DNA of 64,000 nucleotides from a virus: IMG/VR virus record IMGVR_UViG_3300021373_001378, positions 4,570-68,569 of that record. One strand, given 5' to 3'. Within the stretch, counting starts at the first letter, position 1. The number at the start of each line of letters is the position of its first letter. The translations under genes and the position numbers were made by a program. This document shows, one piece after another, positions 45,842 to 57,400 of this stretch. Under the pieces are notes generated by a model. That model did not search any database and was not told the DNA's origin. It was given only the letters and a program-made list of their open reading frames with translations.

Positions 45842-48800
45842 ATGCCAGAATTAAAACACCATTTTCGTCTAGGTAAAATGAATAAAGACCTTGACGAAAG
45901 ATTAGTTAACAATGGCGAATACAGAGATGCATTAAATATAGAAATTGCCAGCTCTGAAGGTTCAGATGTAGGTTCAGTACAAAACATACTAGGTAACAAG
46001 ATTGAAAATGTAAACACATATAATTCTGATACAAAGGTGTATACTTACTGGGCTAATTCATTTGGTTTGTCAAATGCAAAATGTGTTGGTTCTATTAGAG
46101 ATACTGAAAACGAAAAAATATACTGGTTTTTAACATCTGACTCAGCTGATTGTATTATAGAATTTAATCAAACAAATAAAGAAATATCACCAGTACTTGT
46201 TGATACACAAAATATATTAAACTTTTCTAGCGATAATTTTATAACAGGTGTAAACATATTAGAGGGTTTGTTGTTTTGGACAGATAATGTTCATGAACCT
46301 AAAAAAATAAACATATCTAAGTTTAAAAAAGCAACAAACAACACGTTTACTCATACGCAAATAAATGGTGGTAATTTTATAGAAGATCATATTACTGTTA
46401 TAAAAAAAGCACCTATTAACGCTCCAACGTTAACAATGTCTTCTTCTAAAAGATCAGGAATTATAGAATCATCTACAAGTTATAACTTTACTAGTGGTGG
46501 CGATCCTTTGCCTACAACCACACCTGCTTTTACATTAACATTTAATCCAGCACCTAACTTTATAGTTGGAGACACTATTGTTCTTAGTGCTAGCGAAGAC
46601 GATGCTAATTTTGAAGATGAAATAGAAGTAAGAATTAAAATAGAATCTGTAATATCAAACACTAGTTTTTCTGTTGTGTTACAGTCTGTGTCTAGCTTAG
46701 TACCTACAGAAACTATAGTTTTTAAAGCTGTATTAGAACAGGAAGAACCTTTATTTGAATTTAAATTCCCTAGGTTTGCGTATAGATATAAGTATGAAGA
46801 TGGTGAATATTCATCGTTTTCTCCTTTTTCGGAAATAGCTTTTTTACCTGATGAGTTTGATTATAACCCTAAAAAAGGTTATAACTTAGGAATGACTAAC
46901 AATATAAGAAGTTTAACCATATCTGGTTTTAAACCATCTGATATACCTTATGATGTAAAAGAAGTTGATTTACTATATAAAGAGTCAAACTCCACGAACG
47001 TATATAGTGTTAAAACTTTTGACAGTGATGACACTGAGTGGACTAGTAATAGTTTTAATATAGAATCAGAAATAATCTATGCTACATTACCTAGTGATCA
47101 ACTATTAAGACCTTGGGATAATGTGCCTTTAAAAGCTAAAGCACAAGAAATGATAGGTAATAGATTGATATATGGTAACTATACTCAAAACTACGATTTA
47201 ACAGACTATAACAATAACATTGTAAAACCTAAATTTGACGTTATAATAGAACAACCCACGAATAAATCTGTTGTAGTTAAATCACCTTCTAAATCTATAA
47301 AATCACTAAGAACATATCAATTAGGTGTAGTTTATAAAGATAAATATGGTAGAGAAACACCTGTTTTAACTGATAACTCAGGTTCTAAAAAAATTGGTAA
47401 AAAATCTGCTGATAATTATAACAATATAAACGTAAAACTTACTAATCCAACATATCCATCTTGGGCAACTCATTTTAAATATTACATAAAAGAGCCATCA
47501 AACGAATATTATAATTTAGCTATGGATAGATGGTATAATGCAGAAGATGATAATATTTGGTTAAGTTTTCCTTCTAGTGAAAGAAATAAAGTACAAGAAG
47601 ATAGGTTTTTAATATTAAAGAAAAAACATGACTCAGATGATTTTGTAAAAGAAGATGCAAAATATAAAGTAATAGCAATATCAAATGAAGCTCCAGATTT
47701 CTTAAAAGAATCTAAGAAAAGTAAAGGTATAATGGACACTAACTTTTTAGCATCTGGTTTTCCACAAAAAGAAGGTACTTTTGTAGATATTGGTGCTACT
47801 GAATTTGAACAAAAAACTTTTGGAGTTGGTGAAAACAGTAATCCTGAAATTATATCAAAATCAGATTTATATATAAGATTTAGAGCCGGTGGTAATTTAT
47901 CTAAATATTATGAGGTTGTTAGCTTTGCTAAGGTTTCAAACCCAGATAGATATAGAATTACTATAGATAAAGTTTTTAAAGAAGATGTTAGCTTTGCTGG
48001 AACAGCTGGTTCACCTATATCTGACTTAAAACTAGAAATAGCACAACAAGTAATGGAAAACAAACCTGAATTTACAGGTAGATTTTTTGTTAAGGTATAT
48101 AAAGATCAAACATTACAAAACAATATACTTAGTAAAATCAACCAACAAACAAGTTATGGTATTGTTGCTAAAGAAAAAATGTTTGTAATAAAAAACAAAA
48201 GCAATAGTAAAAGTTGGTGGAGAGATGCTAACAAAGGTAATGGTGATGTAAACGCTGGTTGGTTTTTTGATAACAACAATACTTACAACAACCATGATAC
48301 TGGTGGTGGTAGCTTAGATCCTACAAAAAGAAGAGAAGGTAAGATAATTGGAGGTAAAAATTCTGGTTACGGTATACAAGCTGGTAGAAAAACAATATCA
48401 ATAGCTTACCATTGGTTTGGAGGTAAAGATAGAGATGGTTGGAGAGCTAAATGGAATCAGTTTCCTAGTGATGACGATGACCAGCAATATAAAGATTTTG
48501 TTAACGCGTTAGAAAATGATGGTATGAAGTTTAGGTTAACTGACGACCCAACTAACACTGTTTATGAAATAAAAAAACATTTAAGAACTCATTTAGTTGC
48601 TTATGATCAATCTAGAGTGAAAATAGGTAAGTTTGCTAGCATGAGAGTTATAAGATGGACTTTAGCTTTAGACAAACCTATAAAATGGTCACCAGAAACA
48701 AATGTAACAGGTATAATAAATAATAAAAGTAATAGTACTGGTTTTGAGTTTTTAACTCCTTATAACGACGATAAAGAGTTTACTACAGATAATCCAGCTA

Positions 48801-50077
48801 TATGGGAGACAGAGCCATTAGAAGATGTAGGTTTAGATCTATACTATGAAGCTAGTAATGCATACCCTATTAATCAACATGGTAACATGCATACTTTAAA
48901 CTGGCACAACTGTTATTCTTTTGGTAATGGTGTAGAGTCAAACAGAATAAGAGATGATTTTAATGCTGTTCAAATAGATAAAGGGCCTAAAGTTTCAACT
49001 ATATTAGCAGAGCAGTACAAACAAGAGGTAAAAAAGACAGGTTTAATATTTTCAGGTATATTTAACTCTACATCTGGAATAAATAGAACAAATCAATTTA
49101 TAATAGCTAATCCTATAACTAAAGATTTAAACCCATACTATGGTAGTATACAAAAATTGTATTCTAGAACTAGAGACGGTGATTTAATTACTTTATGTGA
49201 GGATAAATCTTTAAAAATATTAGCTGATAAAGACGCTTTATATAATGCTGATGGTAATGCCAATTTAACATCTGTAAACAGAGTTTTAGGCCAAGCAATA
49301 CCTTACGTAGGAGAGTTTGGTATAAGCAAAAACCCTGAATCTTTTGTTCAATATGGTTTTAGATCTTATTGGGCTGACAAAAATAGAGGTGTTGTTTTAA
49401 GGTTATCAAATGACGGTTTAGAAGAAATATCTGATAAAGGTATGTCAGATTTTTTTAGTGATAACTTAGCTGTAGCAACAAGTGTTGTTGGTAGTTATGA
49501 CAATGACAAAGGTTTGTATCACATAACTTTAAATAACAATACAATTAGCTATAAAGAAAATGTTAGAGGTTGGACCACTAGATGTTCTTTTATACAAGAA
49601 AGTGGCGTAAGTTTAAACAATAAGTTTTACACATTTAAAGATGGTAACTTATGGGTTCATTACTCTAATGATTTAAGAAATAATTTTTATGGTGTTCAAT
49701 ACAACTCTACTATAAAGTTATTAATAAACGATGCTCCAAGTTCTGTTAAATCTTTTACAGCTTTAAACTACGAAGGCTCACAAGCTGTACAATATACTTA
49801 TGATATAGACCCTAATGATGGAGAAACTGATTCACAAGTAAAAACAAAAAACGGTTGGTTTGTTAATAGTATTACTACAGACCAACAAACTGGTTCTATA
49901 AAAGAATTTAAAAACAAAGAAGGTAAATGGTTCAACTATATAAAAGGAGAAGCTACAACATTATCTAATTTAGATACAAAAGAGTTTTCTGTACAAGGTA
50001 TAGGTAATCCTTCTGTTGTCGGATCATTAGTGCCACAATATGTAATAACGGTTTCAGACACTGGAGATCAAGATTAA
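45842..50077 (+). CDS. Tail nozzle/stabilisation protein
   Basis: GKMNKDLDERL..GEYRDALN, LFWTDN..EPKKINI, YGISKNPES-like motifs; 1411 aa. Confidence 0.75.
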   Translation: MPELKHHFRLGKMNKDLDERLVNNGEYRDALNIEIASSEGSDVGSVQNILGNKIENVNTYNSDTKVYTYWANSFGLSNAKCVGSIRDTENEKIYWFLTSDSADCIIEFNQTNKEISPVLVDTQNILNFSSDNFITGVNILEGLLFWTDNVHEPKKINISKFKKATNNTFTHTQINGGNFIEDHITVIKKAPINAPTLTMSSSKRSGIIESSTSYNFTSGGDPLPTTTPAFTLTFNPAPNFIVGDTIVLSASEDDANFEDEIEVRIKIESVISNTSFSVVLQSVSSLVPTETIVFKAVLEQEEPLFEFKFPRFAYRYKYEDGEYSSFSPFSEIAFLPDEFDYNPKKGYNLGMTNNIRSLTISGFKPSDIPYDVKEVDLLYKESNSTNVYSVKTFDSDDTEWTSNSFNIESEIIYATLPSDQLLRPWDNVPLKAKAQEMIGNRLIYGNYTQNYDLTDYNNNIVKPKFDVIIEQPTNKSVVVKSPSKSIKSLRTYQLGVVYKDKYGRETPVLTDNSGSKKIGKKSADNYNNINVKLTNPTYPSWATHFKYYIKEPSNEYYNLAMDRWYNAEDDNIWLSFPSSERNKVQEDRFLILKKKHDSDDFVKEDAKYKVIAISNEAPDFLKESKKSKGIMDTNFLASGFPQKEGTFVDIGATEFEQKTFGVGENSNPEIISKSDLYIRFRAGGNLSKYYEVVSFAKVSNPDRYRITIDKVFKEDVSFAGTAGSPISDLKLEIAQQVMENKPEFTGRFFVKVYKDQTLQNNILSKINQQTSYGIVAKEKMFVIKNKSNSKSWWRDANKGNGDVNAGWFFDNNNTYNNHDTGGGSLDPTKRREGKIIGGKNSGYGIQAGRKTISIAYHWFGGKDRDGWRAKWNQFPSDDDDQQYKDFVNALENDGMKFRLTDDPTNTVYEIKKHLRTHLVAYDQSRVKIGKFASMRVIRWTLALDKPIKWSPETNVTGIINNKSNSTGFEFLTPYNDDKEFTTDNPAIWETEPLEDVGLDLYYEASNAYPINQHGNMHTLNWHNCYSFGNGVESNRIRDDFNAVQIDKGPKVSTILAEQYKQEVKKTGLIFSGIFNSTSGINRTNQFIIANPITKDLNPYYGSIQKLYSRTRDGDLITLCEDKSLKILADKDALYNADGNANLTSVNRVLGQAIPYVGEFGISKNPESFVQYGFRSYWADKNRGVVLRLSNDGLEEISDKGMSDFFSDNLAVATSVVGSYDNDKGLYHITLNNNTISYKENVRGWTTRCSFIQESGVSLNNKFYTFKDGNLWVHYSNDLRNNFYGVQYNSTIKLLINDAPSSVKSFTALNYEGSQAVQYTYDIDPNDGETDSQVKTKNGWFVNSITTDQQTGSIKEFKNKEGKWFNYIKGEATTLSNLDTKEFSVQGIGNPSVVGSLVPQYVITVSDTGDQD

Positions 50078-50087
50078 AATATAAAAA

Positions 50088-52163
50088 ATGCCAAATAACT
50101 ATACAGTATCATCACTTGAAACGCCTACAGGAATAATAGAGACACCAGGAGATAACGTTAGCAACTCAACGCCCACGTATATACTAACTTTAACACCTGA
50201 TCCAGGATATTCTATAACTCACAGTAATTTTTCAGCTAGTTCATTGCCAAGTGAAATAAGTAGTGTTACGTTTGCTCAAAACGGAGAGCTTGTTATAGCT
50301 ACTGCAACTTTTGCAACAAACTTTATAATGCCAGCTAATAATGTAAATTTACTAATAGATATTGATGGGTCTGCACAATTAAAAAATTATACAATAGCAG
50401 GCGTGTATAGCACGATAGAAACAAATACAACTAGTAGTAGCGTTAGTAATGTTGCTTATAGTAATAGTGGAAATTATACAACTTCAGAATTAATGTTTAC
50501 TAAAACTTTTACAGCAAGCTCTGCTACTGGAACAGGTTTTAGTGGTTATTACTTTGAGCAAGAACCTTATATAAATTTTAGTAGTATGGATCTTTTTGGT
50601 GAAACAAGTAATTATACTGTTACAACATCAAAAACATATTCTTCAGGAAAACTTACGTCTAAAACTTTTAATATATCTTATACTTATCCTGCTAAAAACG
50701 TATCAGGTGACTCTATATCTTTTATAGCTAATGCTGTAAAAATATACACTGAACCTTTAGAAATAAAAAGTTACAGTATAGTTAAAAACAACTTAAGTAA
50801 GTTTGGTGAAACTAGAGCATTGAGAGTGTATGGTGCGCCTGGTTCTAAATTTGATTTAACAATAACAAAAACAAGTGGAGATACATATGACTTTACATCA
50901 GATACTTTTACATCGTCTTCTACATTAGATGATGATAGAACAATACCCGATGTTGGTTATTATGATTATGATATAATATTCCCTGGTGGTTCAGCCGCTG
51001 ATAACTCAATAACACAAGATACAAATTATACTTTTGTTATAGCAGCGGGCACAAACACAGCTTTAAGTTTGCAGTCTCCGTTACAGTCTACGTTTGATAT
51101 AAAACAATTACTAGACAAATCAATTACTATAAGCGTTTCTGATAGTGGAAGCACAGGGTATACTATATCAACTTTTGACCCTATAACAGGTTCTGTTGGA
51201 GAACAAGATCCGGTTTTAGAATTTAATAATACATTTACAATTGCTTATAGCAGCGCTATAACTATAACGTCTCAACCAACTATTAGTAATCTTATTCCAA
51301 CTCCTTCTGATCCAGGTGATACTGATGTTGCTTTTTCAGATATAAGTTTATCTCAAGGTGCTACAAACACGGTAAACTTAACTATACCTAAAAGTTATAT
51401 TTATGAAATAGGAGAAAGTAATGTGGCTTATAATTTAGATATAGCTAGTTTTATAAGTGTAGCTACAAATACTCAACCGGTTGCAACTGCTCAAACTAGA
51501 TCAGCTATTAGTGCTGTAGGTAAAAGTTTAACACTTGCTGGTACAGATGCAGAAAACTCACCACTTACTTTTGCTATAGCTAGTAATCCAACCAATGGTA
51601 CGTTGAGTAACTTTAATTCAAACAATGGTTTTGTAGTATACACATCTAACTCTGGTTATACAGGATCTGATTCGTTTACATTTACCGTTAACGATGGTGC
51701 TTTAACAAGTACAGCTGCTACAGTAACGTTAAACGTCGCTGCACAAGCAATAGCTCCAACATCTACAGAAACTTTCTCATGGAGAGAAGGTTCTGGCTCA
51801 TATACACAAACCGTAGGGGTTTGGTCTGGTTCAACTACGTATACTAACTTAACAGCTGGTAGTAGTACCGTAACAATACTTGTTGAAGGTTGGTCATTAG
51901 ATAGTATACACGGAGGTTATCCAAACTATGTTGATGGTTTTGAGGATTTTGATGTTATCTATGAGTTTAAATATGGTAATACATTATTAAATTCTGGTGC
52001 TTTATTTATAAACCAATCAACTTCTAATATTGGACCTTATGGTGCTGATTTAGATTTTAATTCAAGAAATATATCTATACCAAGTAGCCATAACGGCGGT
52101 AGCGGATTAATATCTGGTGGAGCTTATACATTAGACGTTAAATTAACATACAATAATAATTAA
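50088..52163 (+). CDS. Ig/cadherin-like domain structural protein
   Basis: LAGTDAENSPLTFAIASNPTNGTL...YTGSDSFTFTVNDG (Big_9/cadherin-like). Confidence 0.75.
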   Translation: MPNNYTVSSLETPTGIIETPGDNVSNSTPTYILTLTPDPGYSITHSNFSASSLPSEISSVTFAQNGELVIATATFATNFIMPANNVNLLIDIDGSAQLKNYTIAGVYSTIETNTTSSSVSNVAYSNSGNYTTSELMFTKTFTASSATGTGFSGYYFEQEPYINFSSMDLFGETSNYTVTTSKTYSSGKLTSKTFNISYTYPAKNVSGDSISFIANAVKIYTEPLEIKSYSIVKNNLSKFGETRALRVYGAPGSKFDLTITKTSGDTYDFTSDTFTSSSTLDDDRTIPDVGYYDYDIIFPGGSAADNSITQDTNYTFVIAAGTNTALSLQSPLQSTFDIKQLLDKSITISVSDSGSTGYTISTFDPITGSVGEQDPVLEFNNTFTIAYSSAITITSQPTISNLIPTPSDPGDTDVAFSDISLSQGATNTVNLTIPKSYIYEIGESNVAYNLDIASFISVATNTQPVATAQTRSAISAVGKSLTLAGTDAENSPLTFAIASNPTNGTLSNFNSNNGFVVYTSNSGYTGSDSFTFTVNDGALTSTAATVTLNVAAQAIAPTSTETFSWREGSGSYTQTVGVWSGSTTYTNLTAGSSTVTILVEGWSLDSIHGGYPNYVDGFEDFDVIYEFKYGNTLLNSGALFINQSTSNIGPYGADLDFNSRNISIPSSHNGGSGLISGGAYTLDVKLTYNNN

Positions 52164-52165
52164 TT

Positions 52166-52489
52166 ATGCCTTCATTAACATTAACATTTGCAAATAAAAT
52201 AAACGACTCACTACAAGTTGGAGATACTTTGTATTATACAAATAATGGCACTGATGTTATTGAAATGGGTGTAGTCACATCACCTTTGTCAACAACACAA
52301 ATACAATTAACAGTTGCTAGCACTTTAGTTTTACCTACAACTAATAGTTTTATATTGTTTAGTAAAGACAATAAAGCTAACTTGTCTAGTTTAGTAGGTT
52401 ATTTTGCAGAAGTAGAATTAACAAACGATTCTACATCAGCAGCAGAACTGTTTACGGTCAGTGCAGAGATGGTAGAAAGTAGTAAATAA
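52166..52489 (+). CDS. Hypothetical structural protein
   Basis: INDSLQVGD..YY, FSKDNKANLSSLVGYFAEV. Confidence 0.7.
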   Translation: MPSLTLTFANKINDSLQVGDTLYYTNNGTDVIEMGVVTSPLSTTQIQLTVASTLVLPTTNSFILFSKDNKANLSSLVGYFAEVELTNDSTSAAELFTVSAEMVESSK

Positions 52490-52509
52490 CACGAAAAAAG
52501 TGTAATAAT
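52483..52509 (+). promoter_or_regulatory. Class II promoter TAA-N14-GTGTAATAAT
   Basis: Upstream of the ejection-protein operon. Confidence 0.6.
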
Positions 52510-52529
52510 ATAATAATAAACAACACATT

Positions 52530-53159
52530 ATGGATCCAATATCAATGGGTGTAAGTGCGTTAGGATCTATTGCCGGTGGAATGATAGGAAGCGGCAAGCG
52601 AAAAAGAGAGCAAAGACAAGCTCAAGCTGAGTTTGATAGAAACAAAGCTAGATATGAATCTCTTGATACATCTAACCAGTACACTAATTTAGAAAACACA
52701 TACGAAGACTTAACAGTAAACACTCAGGCTGCTGATTTTGCAGCTCAACAACAACAACAGGTATTAGCAAATACTATGAGTGGTATGCAAGGTGCTGCTG
52801 GTGGTGGTGGTGTTGCTGCTTTAGCACAAGCTATGGCTAATCAACAGTCTGCTAATATGCAGGCTGCATCAGCTGATATAGCTAGACAAGAATCTAGTAA
52901 TCAAGCTGCACAAGCTCAAATGGCTGGAAGTTTACAAATGGCTGAAAGAGCAGGTGCTGAAAAATCTAGAGCTGCTGAATTAGACAAAACAGAAACGTTG
53001 CTAGGTATGTCACAACAGAGACTGTCTGCTGCAAATCAAGCTAGACAAGCTGCAACACAAAGTATAATAGGTGGTGTAACTGGAGCCGCTACAATAGGAC
53101 TACAAGGTGCTTTAGGCGGCGACGGTAGTTTTATGGAAAACTTAGGACTAGGTAAATAA
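52530..53159 (+). CDS. Putative ejection/pilot protein
   Basis: Gly/Ala hydrophobic N-terminus and Q/A-rich helices. Confidence 0.6.
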   Translation: MDPISMGVSALGSIAGGMIGSGKRKREQRQAQAEFDRNKARYESLDTSNQYTNLENTYEDLTVNTQAADFAAQQQQQVLANTMSGMQGAAGGGGVAALAQAMANQQSANMQAASADIARQESSNQAAQAQMAGSLQMAERAGAEKSRAAELDKTETLLGMSQQRLSAANQARQAATQSIIGGVTGAATIGLQGALGGDGSFMENLGLGK

Positions 53160-53164
53160 TAGAC

Positions 53165-54475
53165 ATGGGAAATCAAGCATTAATAAAAGGAGCTGCTTTA
53201 GTTGCTCCAAAATTTAACGATATAGGAGCTGTGGTTAGTAAAGCTACTTCAAGTATTGGTGAATACTACGCTAATCTTAGAGCAGAAAAAAAGCGAGAAG
53301 AGAGAGCTCAAAAAGCTAAAGTAGAAACATATTTAAATAATATGCCTGCTGGTATAGAGCTTAGCAAAATACCACCTGCTCAACAAGAAAACGTAGCTAA
53401 CTGGAGTAAACAAATGAAGTTTAAATATGCTGAAGCTGCAAGAATTTTACCTACATTAGAAGCTGGATCAGAAGAGTATGTTGAGGCTATGAGCACAATG
53501 ACTAATATAAAAAACTCTTTTGTTAATTTAAATAATAACTTAGAAACATTTAAAGCTAATAAAACAGAATATTTAAAAAGTAGCTCTTCAGGAGCATTAT
53601 CTAAAGGTAACGACTCTAAACAAGGTAATTTGCTAGCTAGTATTTATACTGATGAATCAAATATGATATTTGATGAAAATGGTAATATGGCTTTTCAAAA
53701 CGGTGATGCTGTTGTAAATATTAATGATGTACCTGATTATTTTAATAAAGATTTTAAGAGTGCTGATACGCTTATAAATATAAACTCAGATATATATAAT
53801 GCTGGTCAAAAGTTAGACCCTACTATGTCTAACATGTATAGACAAAAAATATTAAATATGATAAGACAAGGTGGTAGAGAAACTACATTGTCACTAGCTA
53901 CAGATGATTTAATACAAGAAGGTGGTTTAGGTATTGTAGATCAAGATTTATTATATAACCCTGAAAGACAAGAGGAACTAGAACAGGTGGTTGTAGACAA
54001 TTACATGAACATATTAAATAGCTCAGCTAATTCTGGATATGCTAAAAAACAAGCAGCTTCTGCAGCCGCGTTAGCAGCAAAAAATAAAAATAAAGGAAAC
54101 AATAGTTTTAACTATGGTCAAAGAATAAACGCTGACTTAGAGATATATCAACAAAAATCTTTAGACACATACAAGTCAATATCAACAAACCTACCAAAAT
54201 TTAATGACCCTAAGTTAAAAGTTGATTTTCTTAATAAAACTTTAAAACAAGGTAATTCACAAGCTTTAGAAATTAAATTAGATGATGATGGTATTTATAT
54301 AGAGTTTGAAAACGAAAGAGGTAGGATTGAAAAATTAGATCCAGGCTTTAAACTTGATGACCCTGTTTCTATGGTTGATTTTATTTTAGATAATATTGGA
54401 GGTGATTTAGATGCCGATGCTAGAGAAATTGTAAGACAAACAATGCTTAGAGAATCTAAAACCGAAGGTTTATAA
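53165..54475 (+). CDS. Putative internal virion (ejection) protein
   Basis: Helical 436-aa ORF between pilot and giant protein. Confidence 0.55.
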   Translation: MGNQALIKGAALVAPKFNDIGAVVSKATSSIGEYYANLRAEKKREERAQKAKVETYLNNMPAGIELSKIPPAQQENVANWSKQMKFKYAEAARILPTLEAGSEEYVEAMSTMTNIKNSFVNLNNNLETFKANKTEYLKSSSSGALSKGNDSKQGNLLASIYTDESNMIFDENGNMAFQNGDAVVNINDVPDYFNKDFKSADTLININSDIYNAGQKLDPTMSNMYRQKILNMIRQGGRETTLSLATDDLIQEGGLGIVDQDLLYNPERQEELEQVVVDNYMNILNSSANSGYAKKQAASAAALAAKNKNKGNNSFNYGQRINADLEIYQQKSLDTYKSISTNLPKFNDPKLKVDFLNKTLKQGNSQALEIKLDDDGIYIEFENERGRIEKLDPGFKLDDPVSMVDFILDNIGGDLDADAREIVRQTMLRESKTEGL

Positions 54476-54476
54476 T

Positions 54477-57400
54477 ATGAATAATTTCGCAGAACTTGTT
54501 AGAGATCTTTACGGTAAATATGCGCCAGATGTAGATATTAACGAAAAGTTTAAATACATAGTTGATAATGATTTAAACGTTAGTGATTTCGTAAAAGAGT
54601 TTTACGGAAAATACGCTCCGGAAGAAAACCTACAAGAAAAGGAAGATTATATATTTAAAAATTATTTTCCAGATCAATATAACGTTAATACTATAAAATC
54701 TAAACCTAAAGAAATAGATCCTAGTGATTTTGAAAATACACAAGAAAAAAATACTTTTCTTGAAGATTGGTTTGGTAAAGGTCAAGTCACAGACTTTTTT
54801 GGTGATTTTATAAGAGCTGGTAAATCAGGTTGGCACGGTGGAACAAGCGTAAACGAATCTTTTGATTTATTTAAAAAAGGCAAGGACATGACGGATGAAG
54901 AAGTTGTAGAGCTTGTTAAAAGATTTAGAGAAATGGAAGGCGCTGGTCAAACAGACGAAATGCTAGCTTTTTCTGAAAGATTTGAAAAATTAAAAGAAAA
55001 ATATGGTGGTATTGGAGGAACTTTAGCGGCTTGGTGGGATAATCCAACCGTTATGGCACAATACACAACACAATCTTTAGTTCAAATGGCTGCATCAGCT
55101 TTAGACAGTGAAGAAGTGCTTGGAACAGCCGCTGCTTCATCTGGAGCAGGAGCGTTAGCAGGCGCTGGAACAGGTGCGGCATTAACTTCTGTTGGAGGTC
55201 CTTTTGCTATTTTTGGTGCAGCTGCTGGGGGTATTGGTGGTGGAGTTGGAGGTTTTATGGGTGGATTATCTGGTGCTATGGAAACTGGCTTAACAACAGC
55301 TCAACTTGTACAAGAAACAGCTGAAGAGCAAGGTTTGAATTGGGCTACAATGACTGATGAAGAAAGAATAGGTTTTATTAGAAAAGCAACAAATGATGAA
55401 AAATCATTTAATGATATAAAAAGTAAAGCATTAGCAAGAGGTATAACTATAGGTGCTATAGATGGTCTTGTGGGCGCTGTTTCAGCTGGAGCAGGTAAAA
55501 CAATATTTTCTGGTGTGGCAAAAACTAGCTTAAGCAAAACAGCTGGTTTAGCGGCTACAGGTGGTATAGCCACTTTAGAAACAGCTGGTGGTATGGCTAG
55601 TGAATATTTTGGTCAAAAAGCAGCTGGTCAAGAATATAATTTAGAAGAAATAATGATTGAAGGTTTTGCTGATAAAACCTTTACTGGTATTCAAGCTGTA
55701 AAATCTTTAAATCAAGGTGTACCAAAATATACATTAAACGGTCAAAAGCTTAATGGAAAAGAGTTTAGTGATGCTTTAAAAATAATGGACGATGAGGCTT
55801 ATGTTAGCGCTAATATAAAAATAGAAAATTCTCCTGGTGTACAAAAACTAGTAGACAATAGAAAAGAAAACATAAATATAGACCAAGATATTAATAGTAA
55901 AATATCTGATATAAATGATAGGTCAGAGGCTATAAAGCTTGAAAAACAAAAAAGAGCATTAGAAAATAATAAAACTGAATCAGGTAAAATTAGACTTGCT
56001 CAAATAAAAAATAAAATATCAGATTTAGAAAAAAAGTATGAAAACTCTAAAGTAGATGTTTCTATTGAAAATAGAAAAAAAGCAATAGCTAATGCTTTAG
56101 ACACTAAGTTTGAAAAGCAATTTAATAAAAACTTACAAAGTGTACAAGATTTTGCTGATCAAAAAGGTTTAGATATAGACATAAATGAAAACGAGGATAC
56201 TTATTTTCAAAAAATAGCTGATGCAACAGGTCAAACGTTAGAACAAATAAAACAAAAAGCTGTTGGTAGTGATGGTGCTTTTATTGGTAAGGGTAAGATA
56301 TTTATAAATAAAACTCAAGCTAAAAAAATAGGTGCAGTAAATGTAGCATCACACGAAGTCTTACACCCTGTTTTAAATGCTTTGGTAGGTGGTACAAAAG
56401 CACAACAAAATCTTGTTAATGGTTTTAAAAACAAGCTAAACAGCAAACAAAGAGCAATGATGGACAAGTTTATGGGTACTCAACCAGAAGGCACTGAGTA
56501 TTTAACTGTTTTTACTGATAACTTTGATGCTATTATGGCTGAGCAAAATATAACTCAAAAAATAAGTGATTTCTTTAGAAACATGTATGTTAAGCTTGGT
56601 TATGAAAATATAAATTTTGACAGCGGTGAAGGTATATATAACTTTTTAAAAGAATATAGTAAAAGTACTAGAGAAGGTAAATTAAGTGATAGAGCTACAC
56701 AAGCTATAGATAAAGCTGAAGCAAAAGTTGATACTAAAATAGGTGATGTAGATAGATCTTCTAAAATAGCTGATTTTTCTAAAACATCTCAAGAAGCTAA
56801 AGAAGTAAATGATATTTATAATTCTACAGCTAACAAAACTGAAGCCGGTTTTAATATAGCTATGAAATATAGAGGTATGGCTGAAAATACTTTTAAAAGC
56901 ATCAGAGATGGTGGTAACTATACTCAAGACCAAATAGATAAATTAAACGAAAACAAAGACGACATTATCGCTATGATGTTGTATGATAAAATACCTAGTC
57001 AAAAAAAGGATTCAAAAGCTAGAAACGTTTTAGGTTTAGTACAGGATTTTATAAAAGAAAAACAAAAATATGGTAACCCTGCTGCTTATATAAATACATT
57101 TTTTAAAAGCAGATCTAAAGAGGTTATAAACTATTTTGTTCCAGATGCTGTTGTAGAAAGCATGAACGACAAAGAAGGTAATGTTAAATCTTCTGTTGCT
57201 AAAAAATCTAATACAACAACTAATAAAGATCAAGGTCCTGCCGCTAGAGCGTTAACAGATTTTAATGATTTAATGATTAACGACGAAAACTTTATAACAT
57301 CAGATATATATAATAACATAAAAAGCTTAATAATAAAAAACATAAGTTTACTTTTAAGTAAAAATAAACTAAATGTTAATGAAATGACCAATGTTATTGA

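Noticed and set aside
54398-54418. GGDLDAD resembling the two-barrel RNA polymerase DxDGD motif
   Set aside because: Lies about 20 aa from the C-terminus of a 436-aa helical protein with no visible double-psi barrel context, and the Gly is replaced; likely chance
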